Shown: piece after piece, positions 9,567-19,842 of the stretch
How the letters are laid out: each line of letters starts with the position of its first letter
How positions within the stretch are numbered: position 1 is the first letter of the stretch
From: Candidatus Moraniibacteriota bacterium
Lineage (GTDB): Bacteria; Patescibacteriota; Minisyncoccia; Moranbacterales; GCA-2747515
NCBI GenBank assembly: GCA_046116545.1
Contig: CP175956.1
Location: forward strand, 1,170,912-1,234,911
DNA length: 64,000 nt
Direction: 5' to 3'
The notes under the pieces: generated by a model
Told to the model about the DNA's origin: nothing
The model's database searches: none
What the model saw: the letters and a program-made list of their open reading frames with translations, nothing else
Made by a program: the position numbers and the translations under genes

Positions 9567-12500
9567 TTAATTGATTATAAACCAATCAACTTTCAAGTCT
9601 TCTAATCTTTCCTCCAACAACTTCACAACAAATGATTTTCCATCAATGATATCTTCTGCTGCCAAAGTTTGCTCAAGCGGAATTTTTGGACTAACAAACA
9701 CCCTACTATTCACATTAATAGACTCAGTTTCCACAATAACCTCAGTCTCACCAGCAACTATAGTAGCAGTTCCAATGGATGAAGCATTGATTTCGTTACC
9801 TTGTTCATCGTGTGTTGTTATATCGTCATTGATGTTCAATGTATTTGTTTCTATACTATTTACTTTTAAGTCATCTAATACAGTTAGACCTTCTATCGTG
9901 GTTATGAGTCTTGTAGTAGACATTGTATTATTATCTATTGTAAACAAGAATCTTTCATTTATGGCTAGAACTGTATCTGAATTTTTAGACACTGTACTTG
10001 CTAGATCTGACTGATATCCATCTAATTCATCCATTCTATCTTCTATTTCAGTTAGAGTTTCTGTTGCTAAAGTATTTGCATTTATTTGTAGTGACAGTAC
10101 CTCGTGCCTGTCATTAATTCCTCCTATGTCATCCTGAACTTGATTCAGGATCTCAGATGCATCATTTGTTTGTAATGACAAACCTAATTGTTTATCATTT
10201 AAATCTATAATTTGAGTATCAATTTCTGTTATCTTTTGTGGAGTTGGTAGGTTTGATATATCTATCAGATTTAGATTTGGTACTTCTTGTCCTGTTGTTA
10301 TATCTGTTATATATATTAGTTGTTGTCCTGTTAGTTTTTCTATCAATCTTACTGTTTTTGTCATATCTACATTTATTGATTTGTTGTCTTTTTCTGAGTA
10401 ATAGCTCCATGCTAATTCTTCACTTTCTCCTCCGGGTATAGTTGAGAAATTATGTGGAGATAGAGTTGTTGTATTTCCTGCTTCATCTCTTACTCTTAGT
10501 TCATGGGACCCACTTTGATCTACTGCAAACAGTTGTATCCCATTAACTATTGATGTTGTTGGAGCTATTGAGTTTGAGATTGTTAGGATATTATCTGCTG
10601 TTGTTCCGTAGTTACTTGATCCTATTCCTACGTTTCCTGATGTGTAGGCTATATTATTTCCTGTTTGGGTCCATGGAGAGTTTGTGGAGCCTCCTGAGGT
10701 TGAGCCTCGATCTAATTCTACCGCTTTAACACCTACAGAAAGACCTGCTGAATCTGCCTTCACCTGAGTTTTTTCTACAGGATGAAACCCTGTCTTATTA
10801 CCATAGTTAGTATTACTATTTGCTGTAAATAATTCATATGCAAATCCGTTTGCTGAAGGTGTACTATCATATGAGATACGCAAATAACCATTTGTACCAC
10901 CAAAGAGTACAGTTTCTGCTCGTGTTACTGGAATGATATTTGAATAATTTGGATAATTCCATGTTGTTGACATACTTGTTGTAAATAATGGACCTGTATC
11001 TTTTGCGAAATAAATTGTATCACCCTTCATTATAAATTGTTCAATATTACTTGAACTATCTGTTACTACATACCCAAGCCACCTATATGAAGTAAATCCA
11101 CTAGGTATATTTGTTGCATTTATATCTGTATCAAAACCTATGTCTGTTGTTCCATCATCTTTTTCTATTAGGAATACATAATACATTGTATCGTTTGCTA
11201 TTGTTCCACTGAATAGACCTCCTTGGTCATCTCCTTCTGAGAAGCTTGCATCTAATTGTTTTGTTAATCCTGTAGCTAATTCTAGATCTTTTAAATCTGT
11301 TTCATCTTTTGCGTATCCACTTGATACATATACATCATGGTCTGTATCTCCTGAGTCATTTGATAAGTTGAATCCGTATAGGAATCCTGGGGTGTACGAT
11401 GATGAGCTACTTCCTGATGATTCTTCTATTTTCCAGATTTTTAGGTCTGTGTATATTTCATATGGATTTCTATTAGAAGATCGTCCTTGTGCAGCAATAT
11501 TATCTGTGTAAAGAAGGAAATCAATTATTGTTTCTTCTGTAAAGGTTACTTTACCTGTAACAGTAGCATTATCATAATCAGCATATGTTGTACTTGCTGC
11601 TAAAAATGTGTTATCAATTTTTTGAATTTCTAAACGTGTTTTTCCTAAAGAACCAGTTCTAAAGGAAAGACCTGTACCTTCTAAATAATAGTCCCCCGCA
11701 GGTAGAGTGATTTGATTTGATGCAAGTGACGCACCTGCAATTTCATTTGTCATAACTGTATTTAATTGAAGTTGATTTTCACCCGTTGTAATTGTTTGTG
11801 GTGCAGTATTAGTTACTTTCTGATCCTGCACATGCATAAGATTCCAAGTTTGTCCTCCTCCAGATATACTTGAACTTCCACCTCCAATTAATGAACCAGA
11901 AAAGTTAGTCCAATAACCACCACTCATATTTTTATTTGCAGCATTATCATGATAAGCTCTTACTTCGAAATAATCTGTAGTTCCATTTGCATCAACAACA
12001 ACTGAAATTTTATTAGTACGATATGTACCCGTCAAATATCCATAATCACCTGTAACAACACTACCATTTTTATATATATACACTTGAGTTATATCACTAT
12101 CATTCAAATTTTCCCAACGAGTAGTAAAAGTTAATAAATATTTACCTTGAACTGTTGGAGTAAACTGCTCTGTTGTTAAATCAAAATCGTTATTTGTATC
12201 AAATTCCTCAGCATCCCAAGTTACTAAAGTATTTGTAGAACTTGGAATACTTTGGTCTACAGTGTTTTTATTTATACTAAATGATGAAGTGTTTCCAACT
12301 ACACCATCAGCACATTCCCAGTCACTACTCGCTTCATTATATGAAAGAGTTTGTCCATCTGTACATGTTGGTAATGATGATGATTCTGAACTTCCTGCGT
12401 ATTCGTATATTATAACTACACCATCGCTACCTGCTGATGCAGATCTAATGGTTGAACCATCATAACATCCTCCACCCCCACCAGAACCATAGCCTATACT

Positions 12501-15500
12501 TGTTTCAGCATTTTTTCCATTCTGTGCACTTTTAGCATTTTCAAATCCTAAAAATGATAATCCTCCATCTCCAGCTGGACAAGCTTGATAATTTGATAAT
12601 TCTTTTCCTCGTGAACCTGTGTTATTTATGTCACCACCGACTCCACTACCTGGAGCATCAGATACTGCCAATCTATTTCCTTTACCTCCACCAGTTGCTG
12701 ATACATGTGTATCAAATGATGTATCAGTACCACTAGTATTTACAACACCACCAGCACCTACAGTAACTGGAACACTTGTAATTGATGATACATCTATTAT
12801 TTTTTCTGCATAACCAGCACCACTACCTCCTCCACCTCCATAGTTTTCTTCATAGGCTTTTCCTCCTCCACCTCCACCAATAACCTGAACACGAATAGTT
12901 TCAATTCCTGCTGGTTTTGTCCATGTATGTGCTCCTGCTATATCAAATGTTTGGATTGACTTTATTCCACCTCCGCCTGAACTACTAACACCAGCACTAA
13001 CAATACTACTATCATCAGATGTAACTTCTGATATTCTTACACGTGTACTAAATTTTTCATCTGTTGTTCCACGACTTCCATTAATTAATAAAGTGCCATC
13101 ATATGATTTATGTCTGAATTTAAATTGAATATCAAAATCACCGGTTACACTACCTAATTCTGCACGTGTCATTCGTATCATTCCTGAATGTGTTTCTATG
13201 TCAGTAGCACCGTTAGACATCGCCAATTGATAACCAGAATTACCGATTGCAGTCCATGCACCACCATTAAGACTATACTCTAAATAAAGATATCCTCCAC
13301 CCCAACTAGTAGAAGCATTACGTGCAGGAATATTATAATCTAAATCAACATCAAAGCCATCACGAATTGTGACTGTATCCCATGTTTTACCATCAGTTAT
13401 TGCTGTGGTAAATGATCTATCAATATTATCATATTGCACAAATGAATGTGGAATTATACTTGTTCCACTTGAACTTCCTGTAGCAAAAGCTCCCCACTGC
13501 GTTCCATTACAAAACTCCATGACTTTTGTAGTGTCATTGTATCTCATTGCACCTTCTTTGTTTACATCACATGCATCTGTATCATTTGTTAGAGTTATTG
13601 ATCCTGTTAAGTTTATTGGTGTTGAAAACTCTATTTCATTTGATATTGTATTATATGATATTACTGCTTCATTTCCATCTTCTCCTATATGTAATGATGA
13701 TGGTCCTAGGTATAGATCTCTAAATCTATTTGTTGAAGATCCTAGGTCGTATGTATCATCTGTATCTGGTCCTATATGTCCTGCTACTTGTAGTGTGAAG
13801 TTATCTGGTGTTGTTGTTCCTATTCCTATATTTCCTGTGTCGTAGTATGCGTCTGAACCATTTGCTGTCCATAGGGATGAACTTGAACTTGATGAACCAC
13901 TTGATCCAACTGTTACATGTGCTGTACCTGTGAATACTGATGCTGCTAATGTATATTCATTTATATCATCTCCTGATGAACCTACTATAAATACTTTTGT
14001 TCCATCGTTGTTAAATGCTATTCCTGACACTACACCTTCTTGTGCTGATAAACTATATGTTCCTATATGACCTTCTGAATCTATATCAAATGGCCTTGCT
14101 AATGAATATTCATTAATTTCATCTCCATTTTGACCTACTATATACATTCTTTTTCCTCCTGGGCTAAATTCTATACCATTTGGATTTGCTTCTTCTACAC
14201 TAACTGATGATTGTTGTATAAAAGCTGCTGTTGTAACATCAAATGGTGTTGATAATGTGTATTCACCCACATCAATGCCAGTGCTACCAACAACAAACAT
14301 TTTTGTTCCATCATTATTAAATATCACATCATCTGGACCTGTGTCTTCTGTTGCTACTGAAAATCTGTCTGTATATGTAGCTGTTGATACATCAAATGCA
14401 GTTGACAATGTATATTGATTTACATCATCACCTGTGGTACCTATTACATACATGCTTGTTCCATCAGGATTAAATGTAAATCCCGTTGGAGATATTTCTT
14501 GTGTTGCAACTGAAAAACTATCTACAAAAGTTATTGTTGATGCGTCATATGGTGTTGATAGTGTATATTCATTTATATCATCACCTACACCTCCTAGAAT
14601 GAATAATTTTGTTCCATCATTGTTAAATTCTATATCTAATACAGTTGTATCTTGTGCTGTTAAACTCGTTGCATCCACAAAGCTCATAGTACTCAGATCA
14701 TACCCTGTTGCTACTGACTTTATGTCTAATGTAGTATTTGGAGCTATTACTCTTGTTATTTTATCTTTTGGATCTATATATTCTATTGTAATTCCGTCTT
14801 CTATTATTTCTATATGACCTTGAGTCATATCTGTTGTATCAATCATTACTGACATTGCCTCTGTTCCGTCTAAACTATCTAGTGCATTCCAAATTTCTGC
14901 TGTTGTAAAGATATGATTTATTCCTGAAGTCCCCCCAGAACTCCCAGCAGAAGAAGAACTTATTGTTACAGTTTGTGTTCCTGGTGATTTTTTAACTATT
15001 GTTAGAGTTTGATCTCCTAATCCTGTTGTTTGATATACAGTATAATCATCTGTTACATTTTTTTGTGCGTATCCTGTTGCATCAACACTAACATCTATTC
15101 TTTTTAGATTTGGGTTTTGTGTATCAGATGTTGAATAGAAAGTTGATGATAGATCAAAAGTTGTTTGATCTATTGCAAAGGATCCTGATGATTCCCAATC
15201 TGCATCAGATATTGATTCTAATGTTGTAGAGTTCATTTGATTCATTACTCCACTTTCTACTGCTTTTGATATTGCACTATTTGCATTATCTTCTATGCCT
15301 ACTGTACTCCAAGTATCTACGTTATCTCTGAAATACCAAGTTCCATCAGTTCCTCCATGAACTGATGCTTCTTTACTTGCAATGTATCTCCATGCTGAAC
15401 CAGTCCATACTTTGAAAGTATGTCTATTATTGAAACTTACCCCGTAGAATATTGATTGAGAGTTTAGGTTTTCTAATACACTTACTGAGTTTATATCTGT

Positions 15501-18500
15501 CCAATTTGCGCTATCTAAACCATCTTGGTTTGTTATTGTTGTTACGTATGCTCCTGTGTAGTTTCCTAGGGTTTTTTCGTAGAAGGTCATTTCTGAAATA
15601 TCTGTATAACTAGCATCACCATTATTTGCAGTAATATTTAATCTATAATATCTATATGCTGTATTATTAGTAAATCCTGAGTAATTTCTTTTTTCGTTAG
15701 ATAACCAATTCATTTCAGCTGAACGCACATCTAAAACAGTCCAAGTATTTGCATCATTACTTCCTTCAAATGTCCAATCTTTTGGTAATCTTGCTACAGT
15801 AATACCTTGAACAGAATACTCATAAACAATTGCTTCATTTCCTGATCCTAAATCATATTGAATGTGTGCAGCGCCACCCGGAGTACTTAACCATTGTGTT
15901 GAAGTGTTATCATCAAAGGCTCTACTTGGCACATAAGTAGCATAAGCTGAACTTGCCGTAGCAGCACCCCCAGTAGCAATATCACTAACATATTTAACAC
16001 TAGTAGCCTGTCCCAATGTATGAGCTGCATTACTTCCATCGAAGTATGTTCCATATATATTATCTACATCATATATTCCTAATTCTATTTCATTATCATT
16101 TGTGATATGTACTGATTCATTTGCTGTTCCATCTCCTGTTACATCTGTAATTGTGAACCACGCATCTTCCATTTTAAATCTTGATCCTACTCTTACTTTA
16201 TCTGCTGTATTTCCACTTCCTATTGATACTGCTGTATCTGATACGTCTTCGAAGTGTCCTTTGTTGTTGTGTTGGTCTGCGAAGAATTCTAATTCTGAAA
16301 TATCTGTATAACTAGCATCACCATTATTAGCAGTAATATTTAATCTGAAATATCTGTATGCCGTATCATTAATAAATCCTGAGTAATTTCTTTTTTCATT
16401 AGCTATCCAACCCATCTCAGCTGAACGCACATCTAATGCAGTCCAAGTATTTGCATCATTACTTCCTTCAAATGTCCAATCCTTTGGAGCTCTTGTTACA
16501 GAAGTGCTTCGAACAGAATATTCAGAAACAATAGCTTCATTTCCTGATCCTAAATCATATTGAATCTGTGCAGCGCCACCTGGAGTACTTAACCATTGAG
16601 TTGACGTATTATCATCAAAGGCTCTACTTGGTGGATAAGAAGCATGATGAGCACTTGATGTAACAGCCCCACCCGTAGCCAAATCAGGACCAGTACCTCC
16701 ACCAGTATCAACTAAGTCAACTTGAAATTGAGTTATGTTTTCTTTTAAATCTTCTTGTGTATAATTATCTTCTGAATTGTAATTTATGTTTTGTATTTTA
16801 TCAGTTTCTGTTTGTTCTTCTGTAATACTTACAATTGCTGAACCTGATACTGTTGTTGATTCTCCTTGTGCTAGAGTTACTTGAGTTTGAGTTACTCCAC
16901 TTCCTGATGTTCCTGTTGATAATCCTCCCCATATAGTTCCATTACAAAACTCCATGACTTTTGAAGTGTCATTGTATCTCATTGCACCTTCTTTTGTTAC
17001 GTCACAAGCTGATGCGTCATTATTGAGAGTTATACTTCCTCCTATAGCTAGATTGTTTCCATCGTATGTGAAGTTTGAGTTTTGAGTTATTGCATTTCCT
17101 GCACTATTTGTGAATTGTATTTGATTTGCACTTAGGCTTGCTGGTGTATCTGTTAGTCCTGTATATGTTGAAGTTCCTCCACTTGATGTTAGAGAGTTCC
17201 ATACTGAACCATCGTATCCTTCTAGATCTGTTCCACTCCATCTTATCATTCCTGCTACTGCATTTGTACTTGTTCCAAATACTGCTGCTTTATCAAAGTT
17301 GAAAGCTTCGTTTATTGTATCGTAACTTATTATTCCTTCATTTCCGTTTTCTCCTATATGTAGAGAGTTTGGTCCTAGGTATAGGTCTCTGAATCTATTT
17401 GTACTACTTCCTAGGTCGTATGTATCATCTGCATCTGGTCCTATATGTCCTGCTACTTGTAGTTTGAAGTTTGTTGGAGTATTTGTTCCTATTCCAATAT
17501 TACCGTTACTATTTAGAATAGTAAACAAACTAGATGAAAATAAATCAGTAGTACTTGCACCACCACCTCTAGTAATTACAAAATCATTCCCCAAAAGTCC
17601 TTGTTGCCAAGCAGTTTGACCGCCTCTATGAAAAGACAAGTATGGAACATTCCCATCATCAGTGGAACTATTTGAATAAATTTCTTGAAAAGCAAATGTA
17701 CCATTTCCAATTTGATTTTTCATTGTTGAACCTGAATATGCACTTTCTACTTCTAATTTACTATTTGGTACCATTGTTCCTATGCCAATACTTCCTGCAA
17801 AATAATTTTTTGCAGTACTATTTTTTTGATATACTCCATATTTATTTATAACATTTGCTCCACCATCTAGATTATCAAGAAAAATTGCATATGAATTTGT
17901 AATTGTTCCTGTCGGATTGATTGTATTAGAGCCCACTCTACTCCATATACCATACTGTTCATTTAGAGCTCCTTGAAAATTTGAATCATTCGTAAAACCT
18001 TGAACACCTAATCCAATTCTATATCCCGAGTCTAAAACACCTGCCGCTATTGGCAAATCATAACCTGTGATATCTACAACTTTATAATGATTTGTTCCAC
18101 TAGCTATAACATCTGGATATGTTTCACCTATGTCTAATGTATTTGCTATTGGAGGATTTACCGCTATCCCAATTGAATCATAACTTGCATCTATACTAAA
18201 TAGATTCAAAATGTTTTCTCCTTCAATTCTAAAGTTATTATCTCCACCTTCTTCATTAAAAATCGCACTTCCTCTAACATCCAACATTGCATTTGGACTA
18301 TCCGTCCCAATCCCAACTCTCCCATTAACAGTATCAACAAAAAAATCATTTGAATTAACTGTAAAGTCATCTCCCAGAGTTAATCCTCCAGTTTTATTTT
18401 GAATTGAGTTTGAAGTATTTAAATAGTAATCTTCTGTTTGTCCATTAAACCTATGTGAGTTTAAAGCAAAACCTGTTGGAGTTATTTTTCTTCTTGGAGT

Positions 18501-18872
18501 CATCTCTGAATTTGAGTTTATTGTTACTCCTAGGTAATAGTTTGAATCAAAAGTTATATCTAATACATTATCTCCACTTTCTCCTAGAGTTGTACTAAAT
18601 ATCCCATTTGTTATTGTTAAAGTTTTTGAAGTTGGAGTTCCACATGTTCCTCTACTAGTCCATAGACATGTTCCTCCTGATTCTGCATCATATATTGTTA
18701 ATGTGAAATCATAATCTCCATCTGATACTGCTACGTTATTAGTATCTGTTAGTTTTCCATGATATGTTAGTTCACTGTCTGGTGCAGCTTGTGTAATTGA
18801 AAAATTAAGAATTATTGCTAACGCAATTATTCCTAATATGTAAGTTAATTTGTTTTTGAAAGTTTTTTTCAT
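9567..18872 (-). CDS. Giant (3101 aa) secreted mosaic fibre/adhesin: GxIGIGT stalk repeats, two discoidin (F5/8C) domains, beta-propeller, Gly-rich tail-fibre domain, C1q-like domain, phage tail-like domain, coiled coil
   Basis: Signal peptide; YHGKLTD..YDAESGG..EMTPR N-terminal domain; GRVGIGT/GNIGIGT repeats; two PKDWTFEGSND..YRYxRLNIT domains; FNxDGTKMF repeats; WTKPAGIETIRVQVIGGGGGG; EEFDTNNDFD..FTPTVQGKY. Confidence 0.8.
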   Translation of the reverse strand: MKKTFKNKLTYILGIIALAIILNFSITQAAPDSELTYHGKLTDTNNVAVSDGDYDFTLTIYDAESGGTCLWTSRGTCGTPTSKTLTITNGIFSTTLGESGDNVLDITFDSNYYLGVTINSNSEMTPRRKITPTGFALNSHRFNGQTEDYYLNTSNSIQNKTGGLTLGDDFTVNSNDFFVDTVNGRVGIGTDSPNAMLDVRGSAIFNEEGGDNNFRIEGENILNLFSIDASYDSIGIAVNPPIANTLDIGETYPDVIASGTNHYKVVDITGYDLPIAAGVLDSGYRIGLGVQGFTNDSNFQGALNEQYGIWSRVGSNTINPTGTITNSYAIFLDNLDGGANVINKYGVYQKNSTAKNYFAGSIGIGTMVPNSKLEVESAYSGSTMKNQIGNGTFAFQEIYSNSSTDDGNVPYLSFHRGGQTAWQQGLLGNDFVITRGGGASTTDLFSSSLFTILNSNGNIGIGTNTPTNFKLQVAGHIGPDADDTYDLGSSTNRFRDLYLGPNSLHIGENGNEGIISYDTINEAFNFDKAAVFGTSTNAVAGMIRWSGTDLEGYDGSVWNSLTSSGGTSTYTGLTDTPASLSANQIQFTNSAGNAITQNSNFTYDGNNLAIGGSITLNNDASACDVTKEGAMRYNDTSKVMEFCNGTIWGGLSTGTSGSGVTQTQVTLAQGESTTVSGSAIVSITEEQTETDKIQNINYNSEDNYTQEDLKENITQFQVDLVDTGGGTGPDLATGGAVTSSAHHASYPPSRAFDDNTSTQWLSTPGGAAQIQYDLGSGNEAIVSEYSVRSTSVTRAPKDWTFEGSNDANTWTALDVRSAEMGWIANEKRNYSGFINDTAYRYFRLNITANNGDASYTDISELEFFADQHNNKGHFEDVSDTAVSIGSGNTADKVRVGSRFKMEDAWFTITDVTGDGTANESVHITNDNEIELGIYDVDNIYGTYFDGSNAAHTLGQATSVKYVSDIATGGAATASSAYATYVPSRAFDDNTSTQWLSTPGGAAHIQYDLGSGNEAIVYEYSVQGITVARLPKDWTFEGSNDANTWTVLDVRSAEMNWLSNEKRNYSGFTNNTAYRYYRLNITANNGDASYTDISEMTFYEKTLGNYTGAYVTTITNQDGLDSANWTDINSVSVLENLNSQSIFYGVSFNNRHTFKVWTGSAWRYIASKEASVHGGTDGTWYFRDNVDTWSTVGIEDNANSAISKAVESGVMNQMNSTTLESISDADWESSGSFAIDQTTFDLSSTFYSTSDTQNPNLKRIDVSVDATGYAQKNVTDDYTVYQTTGLGDQTLTIVKKSPGTQTVTISSSSAGSSGGTSGINHIFTTAEIWNALDSLDGTEAMSVMIDTTDMTQGHIEIIEDGITIEYIDPKDKITRVIAPNTTLDIKSVATGYDLSTMSFVDATSLTAQDTTVLDIEFNNDGTKLFILGGVGDDINEYTLSTPYDASTITFVDSFSVATQEISPTGFTFNPDGTSMYVIGTTGDDVNQYTLSTAFDVSTATYTDRFSVATEDTGPDDVIFNNDGTKMFVVGSTGIDVGEYTLSTPFDVTTAAFIQQSSVSVEEANPNGIEFSPGGKRMYIVGQNGDEINEYSLARPFDIDSEGHIGTYSLSAQEGVVSGIAFNNDGTKVFIVGSSGDDINEYTLAASVFTGTAHVTVGSSGSSSSSSSLWTANGSDAYYDTGNIGIGTTTPDNFTLQVAGHIGPDTDDTYDLGSSTNRFRDLYLGPSSLHIGEDGNEAVISYNTISNEIEFSTPINLTGSITLTNDTDACDVNKEGAMRYNDTTKVMEFCNGTQWGAFATGSSSGTSIIPHSFVQYDNIDRSFTTAITDGKTWDTVTIRDGFDVDLDYNIPARNASTSWGGGYLYLEYSLNGGAWTAIGNSGYQLAMSNGATDIETHSGMIRMTRAELGSVTGDFDIQFKFRHKSYDGTLLINGSRGTTDEKFSTRVRISEVTSDDSSIVSAGVSSSGGGGIKSIQTFDIAGAHTWTKPAGIETIRVQVIGGGGGGKAYEENYGGGGGSGAGYAEKIIDVSSITSVPVTVGAGGVVNTSGTDTSFDTHVSATGGGKGNRLAVSDAPGSGVGGDINNTGSRGKELSNYQACPAGDGGLSFLGFENAKSAQNGKNAETSIGYGSGGGGGCYDGSTIRSASAGSDGVVIIYEYAGSSESSSLPTCTDGQTLSYNEASSDWECADGVVGNTSSFSINKNTVDQSIPSSTNTLVTWDAEEFDTNNDFDLTTEQFTPTVQGKYLLTFTTRWENLNDSDITQVYIYKNGSVVTGDYGYLTGTYRTNKISVVVDANGTTDYFEVRAYHDNAANKNMSGGYWTNFSGSLIGGGSSSISGGGQTWNLMHVQDQKVTNTAPQTITTGENQLQLNTVMTNEIAGASLASNQITLPAGDYYLEGTGLSFRTGSLGKTRLEIQKIDNTFLAASTTYADYDNATVTGKVTFTEETIIDFLLYTDNIAAQGRSSNRNPYEIYTDLKIWKIEESSGSSSSSYTPGFLYGFNLSNDSGDTDHDVYVSSGYAKDETDLKDLELATGLTKQLDASFSEGDDQGGLFSGTIANDTMYYVFLIEKDDGTTDIGFDTDINATNIPSGFTSYRWLGYVVTDSSSNIEQFIMKGDTIYFAKDTGPLFTTSMSTTWNYPNYSNIIPVTRAETVLFGGTNGYLRISYDSTPSANGFAYELFTANSNTNYGNKTGFHPVEKTQVKADSAGLSVGVKAVELDRGSTSGGSTNSPWTQTGNNIAYTSGNVGIGSSNYGTTADNILTISNSIAPTTSIVNGIQLFAVDQSGSHELRVRDEAGNTTTLSPHNFSTIPGGESEELAWSYYSEKDNKSINVDMTKTVRLIEKLTGQQLIYITDITTGQEVPNLNLIDISNLPTPQKITEIDTQIIDLNDKQLGLSLQTNDASEILNQVQDDIGGINDRHEVLSLQINANTLATETLTEIEDRMDELDGYQSDLASTVSKNSDTVLAINERFLFTIDNNTMSTTRLITTIEGLTVLDDLKVNSIETNTLNINDDITTHDEQGNEINASSIGTATIVAGETEVIVETESINVNSRVFVSPKIPLEQTLAAEDIIDGKSFVVKLLEERLEDLKVDWFIIN
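10088..10154. repeat. Two REP/RPE-like palindromes inside the giant CDS
   Basis: 10088-10113 matches the reverse complement of intergenic 53293-53318 at 22/26 nt. 10127-10154 tgtcatcctgaacttgattcaggatctc follows the TGTCAT..GGA(A)TCT pattern. Confidence 0.65.
13501..13559. repeat. Intragenic direct repeat, copy 1 (copy 2 at 16936-16994)
   Basis: 59 bp with 1 mismatch; encodes KEGAMRYNDTxKVMEFCNGT. Confidence 0.9.
15590..16680 (-). repeat. Duplicated discoidin-domain coding segments (about 15590-15980 and 16295-16680)
   Basis: Near-identical protein blocks (PSRAFDDNTSTQWLSTPGGAA..NITANNGDASYTDISE) with long identical DNA stretches. Confidence 0.9.
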
Positions 18873-19027
18873 TTTTTGTGTTTATTGTATCCCCTGTTCT
18901 CTCGTATTTACTAAGTTTTTAGTGTTTTTTATTATTTTCTTTTGTTTGTTTATGTAGGGTTATTATATCATATTGTTTATTTCTTGTCTTGTTTTGTTTG
19001 TATGGGTTTTTAAAACTGTTTGTTTTA

Positions 19028-19056
19028 TTGACAAAATAGCCAAAATGGTGTATAAA
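19028..19056 (+). promoter_or_regulatory. sigma70 promoter of the 19103 ORF
   Basis: TTGACA-17 nt-TATAAA; AAGGAG SD before the TTG start. Confidence 0.7.
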
Positions 19057-19102
19057 GTAGACAAGTCGCAATCATGTTTATTTTACAAAAAGGAGTTTTA
19101 AA

Positions 19103-19753
19103 TTGGAAAAAACTATTAAAGTTGGTGGAATAATTCAATTGACACTAGATGGCAGGCCCCCAAGGCAAGCTACTGGTAAAATGACAATTTTAAATGAGCT
19201 TATAGGTTACCTATATTGTTTTTTAGGTGGTAGCGTATACCCTGGTAATAAACCGCAAACAACCAAAACTCTTGCCAAGATGTTAGTAAATGCTCAATTA
19301 TATGATAATCACAATAATTTATGCTTTTCCTTTCCAAAAAAAATTAGGCAGAAATTTGATTTGAATCAATGTTATTCAATATCATTGATAAAAGGGGATG
19401 TTTTTGGATTTTATTGTAAAGATTTACTTCCAAAAGCAAAACTATCCTGCATGATAAAAATTGATGCTTTTGGAAAAGAACAAAAATATGCCTTTCGCCG
19501 TATTCAACGAATAATTGTGAATTCGGAGCATTTTCTTAAATCTGTCACCATACAAAGAATTGATGATGGATTTATAACGACAATTAAATCGAGAATGGAA
19601 GGCATAGACGATATAACCATTGAATCACAAAAAGATTTATTATCGGCTATATACGAATTACAAAAAATATTAATTCCACTTACAAAAGAGGAAAAAAAGC
19701 GCAAACAAGAACGTGAGGAAGCATTGAAGAAATTACATCCTCAAAAAAATTAA
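19103..19753 (+). CDS. Hypothetical protein (ORFan cassette)
   Basis: 216-aa ORF with its own promoter, SD and terminator; no recognisable family. Confidence 0.7.
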   Translation: MEKTIKVGGIIQLTLDGRPPRQATGKMTILNELIGYLYCFLGGSVYPGNKPQTTKTLAKMLVNAQLYDNHNNLCFSFPKKIRQKFDLNQCYSISLIKGDVFGFYCKDLLPKAKLSCMIKIDAFGKEQKYAFRRIQRIIVNSEHFLKSVTIQRIDDGFITTIKSRMEGIDDITIESQKDLLSAIYELQKILIPLTKEEKKRKQEREEALKKLHPQKN

Positions 19754-19773
19754 TTTGACGTAGCTATTTACCC

Positions 19774-19806
19774 AGGAACAGATGTATTCATCTGTTCCTT
19801 TTTTCT
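19774..19806 (+). terminator. Intrinsic terminator
   Basis: AGGAACAGATG-TATT-CATCTGTTCCT followed by a T tract. Confidence 0.85.
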
Positions 19807-19842
19807 TTTACAAAATCACTTTTTGCATGTACAATCCAAATT

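Noticed and set aside
15590-16680. Duplicated discoidin segments as a DGR template/variable repeat pair
   Set aside because: Both copies are coding, the differences do not appear confined to adenines, and there is no reverse transcriptase in the window
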